Assembly: GCA_943364975.1 (NCBI GenBank)
Contig: CALRIY020000004.1
Coordinates: 5,736 to 69,735 of the forward strand
Direction: 5' to 3'
Origin: Synechococcus sp. UW140
GTDB taxonomy: Bacteria; Bacteroidota; Ignavibacteria; UBA10030; UBA8401
Length of the DNA: 64,000 nucleotides
The translations under genes were made by a program, and so were the position numbers. Below are positions 27,292 through 36,771 of this stretch, piece by piece. The notes under the pieces were generated by a model, which saw only the letters and a list, made by a program, of their open reading frames with translations, had not been told where the DNA came from and did no database searches. The stretch's first letter is position 1. Every line of letters begins with the position of its first letter.

Positions 27292-29832
27292 ATGAAACAA
27301 GTCTCAATACTCTTCTTCATTCTCCTTTCATCTTCACTGCTGTCACAGGAAAAACCTCTTCACGGTTCCATTCAGGGTCAATTGATCGACGGAACAACGA
27401 ATCAGCCTCTCGTCGGCGTGAACGTACTCGTTGTTGAGCGTACAACGCTCGGAGCGGTCTCGGATGCCGGAGGGAATTTTTCTATTCCATCCATTCCGGT
27501 CGGCGAATACAGTCTGCGTGCGTCACTCATAGGATACCAGCAGGCCATATTGACGAATGTCGTTGTCTCCACCGGACGAAGTACAAAAGTAAAACTGCGG
27601 ATGAATGAGGATGCTGTTCAGGTCGGTACGGTGGAAGTGCGGGCGGATTATTTCTCCACCGAAGGGACGATCGCTCCTGTTTCTACAATAGGATTGAACG
27701 GCGCCGAAGTGAAGCGCTCCCCAGGCTCTGCGCAGGATATGCAGCGCATCGTACAGAATCTGCCGAGCGTGGCGAACAGCAACGACCAGAACAACGAACT
27801 GATCGTCCGCGGCGGCTCACCGGATGAGAATCTAACGGTGATGGACAATATCGAGATCCCTACCACCAATCATTATCCGAACCAATTCAATTCGGGGGGA
27901 CCGATCAACATGGTGAATGTCGATCTGATCGAGGATATCCGGTTCTCCACCGGAGGATTTCCGGCGCAGTACGGCGACAAACTCTCTTCGGTGATGGATA
28001 TCTCGCTCCGTGAAGGGGATAAGGAGCGGACGATCGCGGGGAGCGGACTGGCGCATTTTGCGGGAGCGGGAGGGGTGCTGGAAGGGGGATTCGATAACGG
28101 GAAGGGGACTTGGATCTTTTCCGGACGGCAAAGTTTTTTAGAAACGCTGGACCAGATCGTCGGCATTACGGCGCTGGGGATCACGGCGATCCCGAAGTAT
28201 TATGATCTGCAGACGAAGATCACGTATGAACTATCGCCGACGCAGAAACTGATCCTGAACGGGATCTACGGCGATGATAAGATCATCATCAACGGTACGC
28301 CGGACGAACTGAATGAACAGAAAAAGAATGTGCATGATTCCACCGGCGTGGAGAATGTGGATGTGGTGACCAGACAATTTGCCGCCGGTCTCACACTGAG
28401 GACACTGTTCGGTACGGAAGGATATTTGCTCTTCACACTCTACGCGCTCGGGAACAATTATGATGTGTTCGTAACGGAAGAATTCACCGACCGCATCTAT
28501 GACGGCACGGGAAAGGTCCTCTCATTCAAAAAGATCATCAGCAATCCTGTCTTTACCAACAAAGCGCAGGAGCGTCTGCTCGGAGCAAAGTACGATCTTC
28601 TCTATCATCTGGATCCGAACAACGAACTGATGATCGGCGGTCAGATGCTGACAACGGTGAAGTTCGCGAACGATGTGGCATTCAATTCCGACACGCTCCG
28701 TTTCGATCTGAACCGGGACGGCATCTTCGAGATACCGCAGTCCACCTTCACGAACGGCCGGGTGAAACGGGACCTGAAATTCGGCGAGGAATATAAATTC
28801 GGAGGATATCTCAGCGACCGGATCACACTGTCGGAACAATTGACGGCGACGGTCGGCGTGCGGTACGATTACTTCACGTATTCGAAAAAAGGGAATGTGA
28901 GTCCGCGGTTCAATCTCTCGTACGAACTGCTGCCGATGACGACCAAACTGAACGCCGCATACGGCGAGTATTATCAGACGCAGTCCTTCCCGATGTACGG
29001 CGACAATACCGGCAGCGACAAGAACCGTTCCCTGAAGAATTCCCATTCGCGCCATGCGGTGATCGGTGTGGAGCACATTCTGGATGAAGGATTGAAAGCG
29101 ACGCTGGAAGTGTATTACAAGACGTATGACGATCTGCCATTCACCGAAGAGTTCATCCGGTCCGCGGATATCACATTCCGGTCCGACAAAAAAGAGAGTG
29201 TCGGCAAGCGGACCTCCCGCGGAATAGAATTGTTCATCCAGCAGAAGCAGGTGGAGGATCTTTACGGGACGATATCGCTCTCCTATTCCAAAACGATGAC
29301 GGATGATCCCCGTCTGAACCTGCCCGGATTCGCACTGGTGAATCAGGGGGAATATCCGGCGGATTATGATTTCCCGTTCTTGGTGACGCTGGTCGGGGGA
29401 AAAGTAGTGCATGATGTCCGCGCATCGCTGGACGAAATGCCGTTCTATATCAAGTATCCTTCCTACATTCTGCCGCTATCGGACGATATGGAGTTCAGCG
29501 TGCGGTTCCGGTATTCCTCCGGCAGACCGTACACGAAGAGGGAATATACCTCATCCATTCAGCGGCGCGAAGGGGGGATCACCTGGTCCAAAGGATACTG
29601 GTTCGAATCGAATACGGTGAACGGAGAGCGGTATCCCGATTACCACCGGCTGGACGTACAATGGCTGAGCCGATGGCACAATGAGGGATATAATGTGGTG
29701 ATGGTGGTGGCGCTGCAGAATGCCTATAATAGAGCGAATGTTGCCGGCTACCAATATCTCAGCGACGGAACGAAGAATACGATCTATCAGTTCTCGTTCT
29801 TTCCCGTCATCGGAGCGAGCGTGGAGTTTTAA
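27292..29832 (+). CDS. TonB-dependent receptor with N-terminal carboxypeptidase-regulatory-like domain
   Basis: Signal peptide; GSIQGQLIDGTTNQPLVGVNVLV...GNFSI; plug GAEVKRSPGSAQDMQRIVQNLPSV; C-terminal ...VIGASVEF. Confidence 0.85.
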   Translation: MKQVSILFFILLSSSLLSQEKPLHGSIQGQLIDGTTNQPLVGVNVLVVERTTLGAVSDAGGNFSIPSIPVGEYSLRASLIGYQQAILTNVVVSTGRSTKVKLRMNEDAVQVGTVEVRADYFSTEGTIAPVSTIGLNGAEVKRSPGSAQDMQRIVQNLPSVANSNDQNNELIVRGGSPDENLTVMDNIEIPTTNHYPNQFNSGGPINMVNVDLIEDIRFSTGGFPAQYGDKLSSVMDISLREGDKERTIAGSGLAHFAGAGGVLEGGFDNGKGTWIFSGRQSFLETLDQIVGITALGITAIPKYYDLQTKITYELSPTQKLILNGIYGDDKIIINGTPDELNEQKKNVHDSTGVENVDVVTRQFAAGLTLRTLFGTEGYLLFTLYALGNNYDVFVTEEFTDRIYDGTGKVLSFKKIISNPVFTNKAQERLLGAKYDLLYHLDPNNELMIGGQMLTTVKFANDVAFNSDTLRFDLNRDGIFEIPQSTFTNGRVKRDLKFGEEYKFGGYLSDRITLSEQLTATVGVRYDYFTYSKKGNVSPRFNLSYELLPMTTKLNAAYGEYYQTQSFPMYGDNTGSDKNRSLKNSHSRHAVIGVEHILDEGLKATLEVYYKTYDDLPFTEEFIRSADITFRSDKKESVGKRTSRGIELFIQQKQVEDLYGTISLSYSKTMTDDPRLNLPGFALVNQGEYPADYDFPFLVTLVGGKVVHDVRASLDEMPFYIKYPSYILPLSDDMEFSVRFRYSSGRPYTKREYTSSIQRREGGITWSKGYWFESNTVNGERYPDYHRLDVQWLSRWHNEGYNVVMVVALQNAYNRANVAGYQYLSDGTKNTIYQFSFFPVIGASVEF

Positions 29833-30342
29833 GAACCTTGCAAAAGTTTCGAAGCATTTTGCGTTTAACCTTCGCATGGTTTCATATATAGCCTCTTTTA
29901 TCTCATTCCCAAGCTCTGCTTGGGAATGTTTGCTTTGTGTAACTCCGTTTCTCTTGGTGCTATACGATCAAACTAATGTGTGAAGCAGAGCTTCAAAAGA
30001 GTAAGTTCCCAAACAGAGTTTGGGAACAAGATATACAATGTGGTGATGGTGGTGGCGCTGCAGAATGTCTATAATAGAGCGAATGTTGCCGGGTACCAAT
30101 ATGTGAGCGACGGGACGAAGAACACGATCTATCAATTCTCGTTCTTTCCGGTGATCGGGGCGAGCGTGGAGTTTTAAAAACTTTGGGAAGGTTTTATATA
30201 TAGTTTCATTTATCTCGTTCCCAAACTCTGCTTGGGAACGTTTGCTTTGTGAAACTCCGTTTCTATCGGCGCTATACGATCAATCTAATGTGTGAAGCAG
30301 AGCTTCAAATGAGTAAGTTCCCAAACAGAGTTTTGGAACAAG
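29688..30342. repeat. tandem duplication (about 343 + 312 bp) of the receptor gene 3' end plus a ~130-bp hairpin-ended element
   Basis: Copy 1 spans 29688-30030 and copy 2 spans 30031-30342. Each holds the last ~47 codons of the receptor gene, a short spacer, and an element bounded by TTCCCAAnCTCTGCTTGGGAA and GTTCCCAAACAGAGTTTGGGAAC hairpins. Confidence 0.9.
30034..30177 (+). pseudogene. detached duplicate of the TonB-dependent receptor C-terminus (last 47 codons)
   Basis: YNVVMVVALQNVYNRANVAGYQYVSDGTKNTIYQFSFFPVIGASVEF* matches the end of 27292..29832. About 10 nt differ over the last 47 codons (7 synonymous and 2 nonsynonymous codon changes). No receptor body lies upstream. Confidence 0.8.
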
Positions 30343-30372
30343 TAGGACCTTCGCTAGGCTCCAGGGAACGAA

Positions 30373-30409
30373 GAACACCTTCCAGGTCTTAAAGACCTGG
30401 AAGGTGTTC
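30373..30409. terminator. bidirectional terminator hairpin (GTCTTnAAGAC palindrome family)
   Basis: GAACACCTTCCAGGTCTTaAAGACCTGGAAGGTGTTC, between the convergent receptor locus and the DUF3078 gene. Confidence 0.75.
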
Positions 30410-30431
30410 TTGTTTATAAGAGAACACTCTT

Positions 30432-31280
30432 TTATAGAAATGTGTAGGAGAGTCCGAGCGCGAGTCCTTCTTTGATCTGCGTTTTTGCCGTCACGCTGCG
30501 GTCGTTGATCAGCTGCACGTTGAAGACAACGGAGATGTATTTGTTCAGCTTGGAGGAGATCGTATTGTCGCTGCGGACGACAACGACATCGATATTGTTG
30601 AACGGAGCGAACATTTCCAGTTTTGCGGTGAAGAGCGTATTCTCCTCGATCTTGATCTCCACATCGGTCACCGATTCCAATCCTCCTTCGACCTTTGAAT
30701 CTTCGATCTGCGGAGTGGTCTTTGCGTCGTCGGCGTATCCGTATTTGTTGCCGTCGAACACTTCCCGCAGAGCAGCACCGAGGCGGGTCTTGAGCTGGGC
30801 GAACGGCTGATAACCGACGCCGACCGCCTGCGTCAGGTACATCGGATCGAGCGCGGAAGAGATCTTCGCTTTCGTGTTCGTCGCATCGTCGTATTTGAAT
30901 CCGTCGTCGAACTGCGATTTGAATGTAGCGGATGCATACGGATTGACATGCGTGCCGAGTTTGTAGGTGAGCACGCTTTCCAGTTCGATCTTGTCATCGG
31001 TCTTACGCAGTCCTTTTGAACCGAGGCGTGTCTGTCCGTACGCGAACTTATAGGAATTGCTCCAGTTCGTCGAGGTCAGATCCTGCACCGATTTCCCGTC
31101 GATACTCAATGTATAGGCAAGAGCATTTTCGCCCCCCTGAGCCCAATCCGTGTAAGAAACCTGCGTGATGGTCAATCCGGCAACCAGAGTATGTTTCCAG
31201 TCCAAGGGGACGGCTGCCGAATCGGTCTGTGCTGAAAGGAAGAGAGGGAAAAGGAGAAGGAAAGGGACGAGTGCTTTCAT
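30432..31280 (-). CDS. DUF3078-family outer-membrane beta-barrel protein
   Basis: Start at 31280 gives signal peptide MKALVPFLLLFPLFLSAQ. Family-typical VSYTDWAQGGENAL segment; alternating beta-strand pattern; C-terminal YTFL. Confidence 0.65.
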   Translation of the reverse strand: MKALVPFLLLFPLFLSAQTDSAAVPLDWKHTLVAGLTITQVSYTDWAQGGENALAYTLSIDGKSVQDLTSTNWSNSYKFAYGQTRLGSKGLRKTDDKIELESVLTYKLGTHVNPYASATFKSQFDDGFKYDDATNTKAKISSALDPMYLTQAVGVGYQPFAQLKTRLGAALREVFDGNKYGYADDAKTTPQIEDSKVEGGLESVTDVEIKIEENTLFTAKLEMFAPFNNIDVVVVRSDNTISSKLNKYISVVFNVQLINDRSVTAKTQIKEGLALGLSYTFL

Positions 31281-31425
31281 AGTGGTCCTGTAGACGATAA
31301 GTGGAATGATGGTGGAGTGTCGAAGTGGTTCCGGGGAAATATAATCCAAGAGAACGGAAAAATCATTTTTAAAATAAAAAATCCCGGCACTGAGTACCGG
31401 GATCCGTCCGACAGTAATAGCGTTG

Positions 31426-31626
31426 TTACGCTTTGGAGACTTTTGCCGCCTGCAGGCCCTTTGGTCCTTTTTCCACTTCGAATTGGACCTTATCGCCCTG
31501 ATTCAGCGTCTTGTAACCGTCGCCAACAACCGATTTGTAGTGTACGAATACATCCTCGCCGTTCTCACGGGAGATGAATCCGTACCCTTTTGCGTTGTTG
31601 AACCATTTCACGGTACCTGTTTCCAT
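31426..31626 (-). CDS. cspA: cold-shock protein (CspA family)
   Basis: [15 protein letters not shown] (RNP1) and DVFVHY (RNP2); 66 aa; a long upstream untranslated region as usual for csp genes. Confidence 0.95.
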   Translation of the reverse strand: METGTVKWFNNAKGYGFISRENGEDVFVHYKSVVGDGYKTLNQGDKVQFEVEKGPKGLQAAKVSKA

Positions 31627-31992
31627 AGGGTGCTCCTCTATGTTGTTTCAAAAAAACCTCACGGATGGACTCTCGGTGAGGGTACCACCGGCATGGTGCC
31701 ACTTTATTGCATTCCGGTCACGGCCGGAATTTTGTGTTTGCCGATCCTCTGTTGTTCAGTAAGATTCTTCTGAGCATCAGGAGCGCATAACAACCCAGCA
31801 GTTCGAATGCAGGGGCATTTCAAGTGCATCAACGGTGTTACTGTTTATTGACCGTCTGCGGATGACGATTATTGTTATCACCGTGCAGGCAAGTCAAAAA
31901 TAGATTGTTTAGAAATTAGACGCAAGTGATATTTTTCCCGTGTGACGGAGAAAACAGCCGAAACCATAATGATTCCGGCTGTTTTCACGGCG

Positions 31993-32391
<399 letters not shown>

Positions 32392-32433
32392 CTACAGAAC
32401 CATTCAATAAAAATCAATCTCGGAACAGACCCA

Positions 32434-33717
32434 TTATTTCTTGAAGTCGGGATATGCTTCCATACCATGTTCTCCGATATCCAATCCTTCATATTCTTCT
32501 TTTTCCGACACGCGTACTCCGAGCGTCAATTTGATCACATACCATACCGCATACGAGACGATAAATGTGAATGCGCCAACGGCAACAATACCGGTCAGCT
32601 GTGACATGAGCAGGGAGGTTCCACCCCCGAAAAAGAGACCGTTCCCGGTCGTGTTCGGTACAAACTGATCCTGAGCGAAGAGTCCGACACAGATGGTGCC
32701 GAAGACGCCGTTCGCGAGATGGACCGCCAGCGCGCCGACGGGATCGTCCAGTTTCAGTTTATCGAAAGCGATGACAGCAAAGACGACGATGACTCCGGCG
32801 ATTCCGCCGATGATCAGCGAACTTTCCACACTGATGAATGCGCAGGGAGCGGTGACGGCAACGAGTCCTGCTAACAGGCCGTTGATGGTCATGCTCAGGT
32901 CCGGTTTGCCGAGCAGCAGCCATGCAACAAGAGTGGAAGTGAGCACGCCGGCGATTCCCGCGCTGTTCGTGGTGATGATGATGCGGGAGATCGCACCGGG
33001 ATCGGCCGCCATGGTGCTTCCGGGATTGAATCCGAACCAGCCGAGCCAGAGAACAAGCGCACCGGTGACGGCTGAAGTCATATTATGACCGGGGATCGGG
33101 TTTACCTTGCCATCTTTGAATTTTCCGATACGGGGTCCGAGCACCATCACGCCGGCAAGTGCAGCCCAGCCGCCGACAGAATGGACAACGGTCGATCCGG
33201 CAAAATCCCAGAATCCCATCGCTGCCAGCCATCCGCCTCCCCAGATCCAGTGACCGGTGATGGGATACATCACTGCAACGAGCACGAACGAGAAGATGAT
33301 GAAAGAGAGATACTTGATCCGTTCCGCAACGGCGCCGGAGACGATGGTGGCTGCTGTTCCTGCAAAGACAAGCTGGAAGAAAAATTTTGCAAGAAGCGGG
33401 ACAGTTGCCCAGCTCATGGAGGAATACACGCCGCTGTATGCGTCACCGGTGGCGGGACTGTTATCCGCACCGCCGATGGCATACAATCCTTCAAGACCGA
33501 TGAAGCCGTTGCCGTTCCCGAACATCAGTCCCCAGCCGATCGCCCAGAAGGCGAGGGAAGAGATCGCAAAGACGATGAAGTTCTTCGAAAGGATATTGAC
33601 AGTGTTCTTTGAACGGGCGAATCCTGATTCCACCAGGGCGAATCCGAGATTCATAAAGAATACCAGCATACCGGTGATGAGCACCCATAAGGTGTCTACG
33701 ATTACTTTTGTTTCCAT
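32434..33717 (-). CDS. amtB: ammonium transporter (Amt family)
   Basis: 11-12 hydrophobic helices with Amt signature segments FALVESGFARSKN, AGSTVVHSVGGWAAL, VHLANGVFGT. Confidence 0.9.
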   Translation of the reverse strand: METKVIVDTLWVLITGMLVFFMNLGFALVESGFARSKNTVNILSKNFIVFAISSLAFWAIGWGLMFGNGNGFIGLEGLYAIGGADNSPATGDAYSGVYSSMSWATVPLLAKFFFQLVFAGTAATIVSGAVAERIKYLSFIIFSFVLVAVMYPITGHWIWGGGWLAAMGFWDFAGSTVVHSVGGWAALAGVMVLGPRIGKFKDGKVNPIPGHNMTSAVTGALVLWLGWFGFNPGSTMAADPGAISRIIITTNSAGIAGVLTSTLVAWLLLGKPDLSMTINGLLAGLVAVTAPCAFISVESSLIIGGIAGVIVVFAVIAFDKLKLDDPVGALAVHLANGVFGTICVGLFAQDQFVPNTTGNGLFFGGGTSLLMSQLTGIVAVGAFTFIVSYAVWYVIKLTLGVRVSEKEEYEGLDIGEHGMEAYPDFKK

Positions 33718-33764
33718 GGATGATGACTCCTATTGATTAATGATGTTCAGAGAATAGTTCAAGA

Positions 33765-34823
33765 TCAAAACGTGAAGATCGCACCGATGAGGGCAGTCAA
33801 CTGAGATTTTGCATCCGCCGGTTTTTTGCTGTCGAAATAGGTGACATCGGACATATCGTTTCGGATCTCACCGCGGAGGATCAGATCGCCGGCCGGTTTG
33901 TATTCGTAGGTTGCGGTGACTTCGGACAGTTTTCCGCCGCCGCTGCCGGTGGGGGAAGTGTTTGACGCATCGTTGTACATTTCGAACCGGAGAGCAGCTG
34001 CAGATTTTTCATCCAGCACATACTTTGCATACACAGCGCCCCCTTTCCACGTTGCGAGTCCTGCCGCAAGCCGTTCCTCGCCGTAGTCGGCGTTCACGGC
34101 GAGCGCAAGTGCTTCGGTGAGCTGGTGGGTGATGATCAGATCGAAGACGTTCCGTTTGCCGTAGATCGGTGCAACCGCTTCCGTGCCGCTGAGTGCATTA
34201 ATGATGATGCTGGTTGACGGTGCAAGGGCGTAGTTCAATGTCACGCCGAGCGTCTTATAATTGTTGTTATCGGTAACGAGATTCCATCCGTTCAGCACAT
34301 GCAGCGTCGCAGTGAGATTGCTCAGCACAGGATAACTGAACCGGGCGCCTGTATGATAGAACGGAATGGCCCAGCCGAAGAGGATGGAGCGTGAATAGTT
34401 CCAGTTATCTTTGGATTCGATCACTTCGAATCCCATATGGGTGACGAACTGACCGACATCCACGGTCAATCCCGCACCGACAGGAACGACCGCGGTGAGA
34501 TATGCCTGCTGAACGAGACCGGTCAGCGAGAGTCCGGTCACTTTGCCGGCACCGAGATCCACCCGGAAACCGACCGATTCCGATTTCTTTTGGAAGGAGA
34601 TCTCAGCCAGAGCCAGGTTGAATTCATTGTCCGCCGGATCGAAAACACGGATCTTATTTGAACCGGTAACCGGGCCGGCAATGTTCTTAATATAGTATGC
34701 ATCAACAAAACCGCTGTACGTAAAAGCCGAGGATGGCGCAGCTTCCTGAGCGAGCAGCAGGGAAGGTCTGATCAGGAACGACATCAGAGCAAAAAGGATG
34801 AACGAACGCAGTGAATACTTCAT
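33765..34823 (-). CDS. outer-membrane porin (beta-barrel) heading the amtB-glnK operon
   Basis: Start at 34823 after GGAGG. Signal peptide MKYSLRSFILFALMSFLIRPSLLLAQ; alternating amphipathic strands; C-terminal ...GAIFTF. Confidence 0.7.
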   Translation of the reverse strand: MKYSLRSFILFALMSFLIRPSLLLAQEAAPSSAFTYSGFVDAYYIKNIAGPVTGSNKIRVFDPADNEFNLALAEISFQKKSESVGFRVDLGAGKVTGLSLTGLVQQAYLTAVVPVGAGLTVDVGQFVTHMGFEVIESKDNWNYSRSILFGWAIPFYHTGARFSYPVLSNLTATLHVLNGWNLVTDNNNYKTLGVTLNYALAPSTSIIINALSGTEAVAPIYGKRNVFDLIITHQLTEALALAVNADYGEERLAAGLATWKGGAVYAKYVLDEKSAAALRFEMYNDASNTSPTGSGGGKLSEVTATYEYKPAGDLILRGEIRNDMSDVTYFDSKKPADAKSQLTALIGAIFTF

Positions 34824-35180
34824 ACGGGAACCTCCAATAGTGAATACGAGCAGTGAAATGGAAAAAAGTCTACTGTTCACTTCATCAACGCCACGGGGGT
34901 TCTTTTGTAAAGAATTGCCTGTCCGAGCAGAGAACACAGGGCGCGGGTGTGCCGCGTGTTCCAATGAGAATGGTGCAGCAATGCCGATAAACATTAAATA
35001 ATTAAAGTATTTCTTATATATACCTAATTAATTAAGTTTATTTACTTAATAAGATAAAATAATAAAGTTCACTGTCAAGAGGGGAACGCCAAAAATCTTT
35101 GAAAAATTTGATGCGTTGCTTTTTGACGCCGGATGCACTACCTTTTTGAAATTTCGATCCAACGATAAAGGAGTCTGCGT

Positions 35181-36701
35181 ATGTTATTGCACCATCGGTT
35201 CATCGACACGGCTAAGAAGATGGGGGATAAGATGTATATCGTCGACCGGACAACGAACCGGCGAGTCCCGTATTCGAAAGCCTTGATCGCAACGTTGATC
35301 CTCTCCGAGAAGATGGAGAAGTATGACAAAGGCTTCATCGGCATCATGGTCCCCACCTCGGCCGGCTGCATCCTCGCATCGCTCGGTGCGCTGATGAGCG
35401 GACGCGTACCGGTGATGATCAACTATTCCACCATGGCGGCGCAGAACTGCGAGTTCGCCCAGAAGAAACTCGCCTTTAAGACGATCATCACCTCCAAAGC
35501 GCTGGTGGAGAAGATCCAATGTCCCATTGTGCCGGGCATGGTCTTCCTCGAGGATATCATGGCGAGCATCTCGGTGCTGGATAAACTCCACGCTGCGCTC
35601 CGTTCCAAACTTCCGGCTGCGATGCTGAAGAAGACCGTCGCGCAAGGGACCGACGATGACAATCTGGTGATCCTCTTTACCAGCGGCAGCGAAAAGGAAC
35701 CGAAGGCAGTGCAGCTCTCCCACAAGAATATTGCTGCCAATCTGGAAAGTCTTGAAAAGGTGCTGGAGTTCAGCGGGAAGGACGTGATGCTCGGCAATCT
35801 TCCGATGTTCCATTCGTTCGGACAGACGGCCCATCTCTGGCTCCCCATCTGGTGCGGAATGACGGTGGTGACCTACGCCAATCCTCTCGATTTCAAGGGT
35901 GTGAACGATGTTGTCCGAGAAGAGAAAGTGACCATCTTTGCCGGCACGCCGAGTTTCTTCTTCGGTTATCTCAGCAAATCCAATCCGGGTGATTATGAAT
36001 CATGCCGCATCATCCTGTCCGGTGCGGATAAGTGTCCCGACGCGCTGCGCAAAGCCTTCATCGAAAAGCACAACAAGGTCATCCTCGAAGCATACGGCTG
36101 CACGGAGACCGCTCCCGGTCTTGCATTGAACACGCCGACGCATAACCGTCCGGGCAGTGTGGGACGAATGCTTCCCGGTGTCTCTCTCCGGATCGAGAAC
36201 CATGAGACCGGCGAGCTGTGCGGGGTCCGCGAGACAGGGAAGATCCTGGTAAAGGGGGACAATGTGATGAAAGGATATTTCGATGATTTCGAGAACACCT
36301 CCCTGGCATTCCGTCACGGCTGGTACGATACCGGCGATATGGGCTGGCAGGATGAGGACGGATATGTCTGGCATGTGGGCCGGCTGAAACGGTTCGTGAA
36401 GATCGGCGGAGAGATGATCTCCCTGATCAAAGTGGAGGATGTGCTGGAAAAACTTCTTCCTCCCGAGACGAAGGTCTGCGTGGTCGAGATCCCGGACCAG
36501 ACAAAAGGGGCGAAGATCGTTGCGGCCATCACTCACCCAATCGACGAGAAGGAAACGCTGAAGAAGATGTCCGAACATCTTCCGAATATCGCTCTGCCGA
36601 AGCAGTTCGTCGTCATTCCCGATCTGCCTCAGATGGGGAGCGGGAAGATCGACTTCCGTTCGACCACGAATATGGTGAGGGATATCGTCTCGAAATCGTA
36701 A
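35181..36701 (+). CDS. AMP-forming acyl-CoA/acyl-ACP synthetase (adenylate-forming enzyme)
   Basis: AMP-binding core motifs LFTSGSEKEPKAV, YGCTETAP, GWYDTGDMG, GRLKRFVKIGGEMIS, and the C-terminal catalytic Lys in SGKIDF. AAGGAG RBS. Confidence 0.8.
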   Translation: MLLHHRFIDTAKKMGDKMYIVDRTTNRRVPYSKALIATLILSEKMEKYDKGFIGIMVPTSAGCILASLGALMSGRVPVMINYSTMAAQNCEFAQKKLAFKTIITSKALVEKIQCPIVPGMVFLEDIMASISVLDKLHAALRSKLPAAMLKKTVAQGTDDDNLVILFTSGSEKEPKAVQLSHKNIAANLESLEKVLEFSGKDVMLGNLPMFHSFGQTAHLWLPIWCGMTVVTYANPLDFKGVNDVVREEKVTIFAGTPSFFFGYLSKSNPGDYESCRIILSGADKCPDALRKAFIEKHNKVILEAYGCTETAPGLALNTPTHNRPGSVGRMLPGVSLRIENHETGELCGVRETGKILVKGDNVMKGYFDDFENTSLAFRHGWYDTGDMGWQDEDGYVWHVGRLKRFVKIGGEMISLIKVEDVLEKLLPPETKVCVVEIPDQTKGAKIVAAITHPIDEKETLKKMSEHLPNIALPKQFVVIPDLPQMGSGKIDFRSTTNMVRDIVSKS

Positions 36702-36725
36702 GAATTTCCTGAACGTTCAGAGAAT

Positions 36726-36755
36726 AAAAAACCGCCTGGGACCAGGCGGTTTTTT
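36726..36755. terminator. bidirectional intrinsic terminator
   Basis: AAAAAACCGCCTGG-ga-CCAGGCGGTTTTTT between convergent genes; it marks the left edge of the low-GC island. Confidence 0.85.
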
Positions 36756-36771
36756 ATTCATTACGGAAATG

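Noticed and set aside
29980-30177. 65-aa ORF MKQSFKRVSSQTEFGNK...VIGASVEF as an independent gene.
   Set aside because: Its C-terminal 47 residues duplicate the receptor terminus, and its N-terminus reads through a hairpin repeat element. I treat it as a duplicated fragment (pseudogene). Its synonymous-biased divergence is flagged as a finding.
34824-35180. Sigma-54 (-24 TGGCAC / -12 TTGC) promoter upstream of the porin-amtB-glnK operon.
   Set aside because: No GG-N10-GC element with correct spacing was found on the minus strand. The nearest match (cGGCAttgcTGCA) has the wrong spacing.
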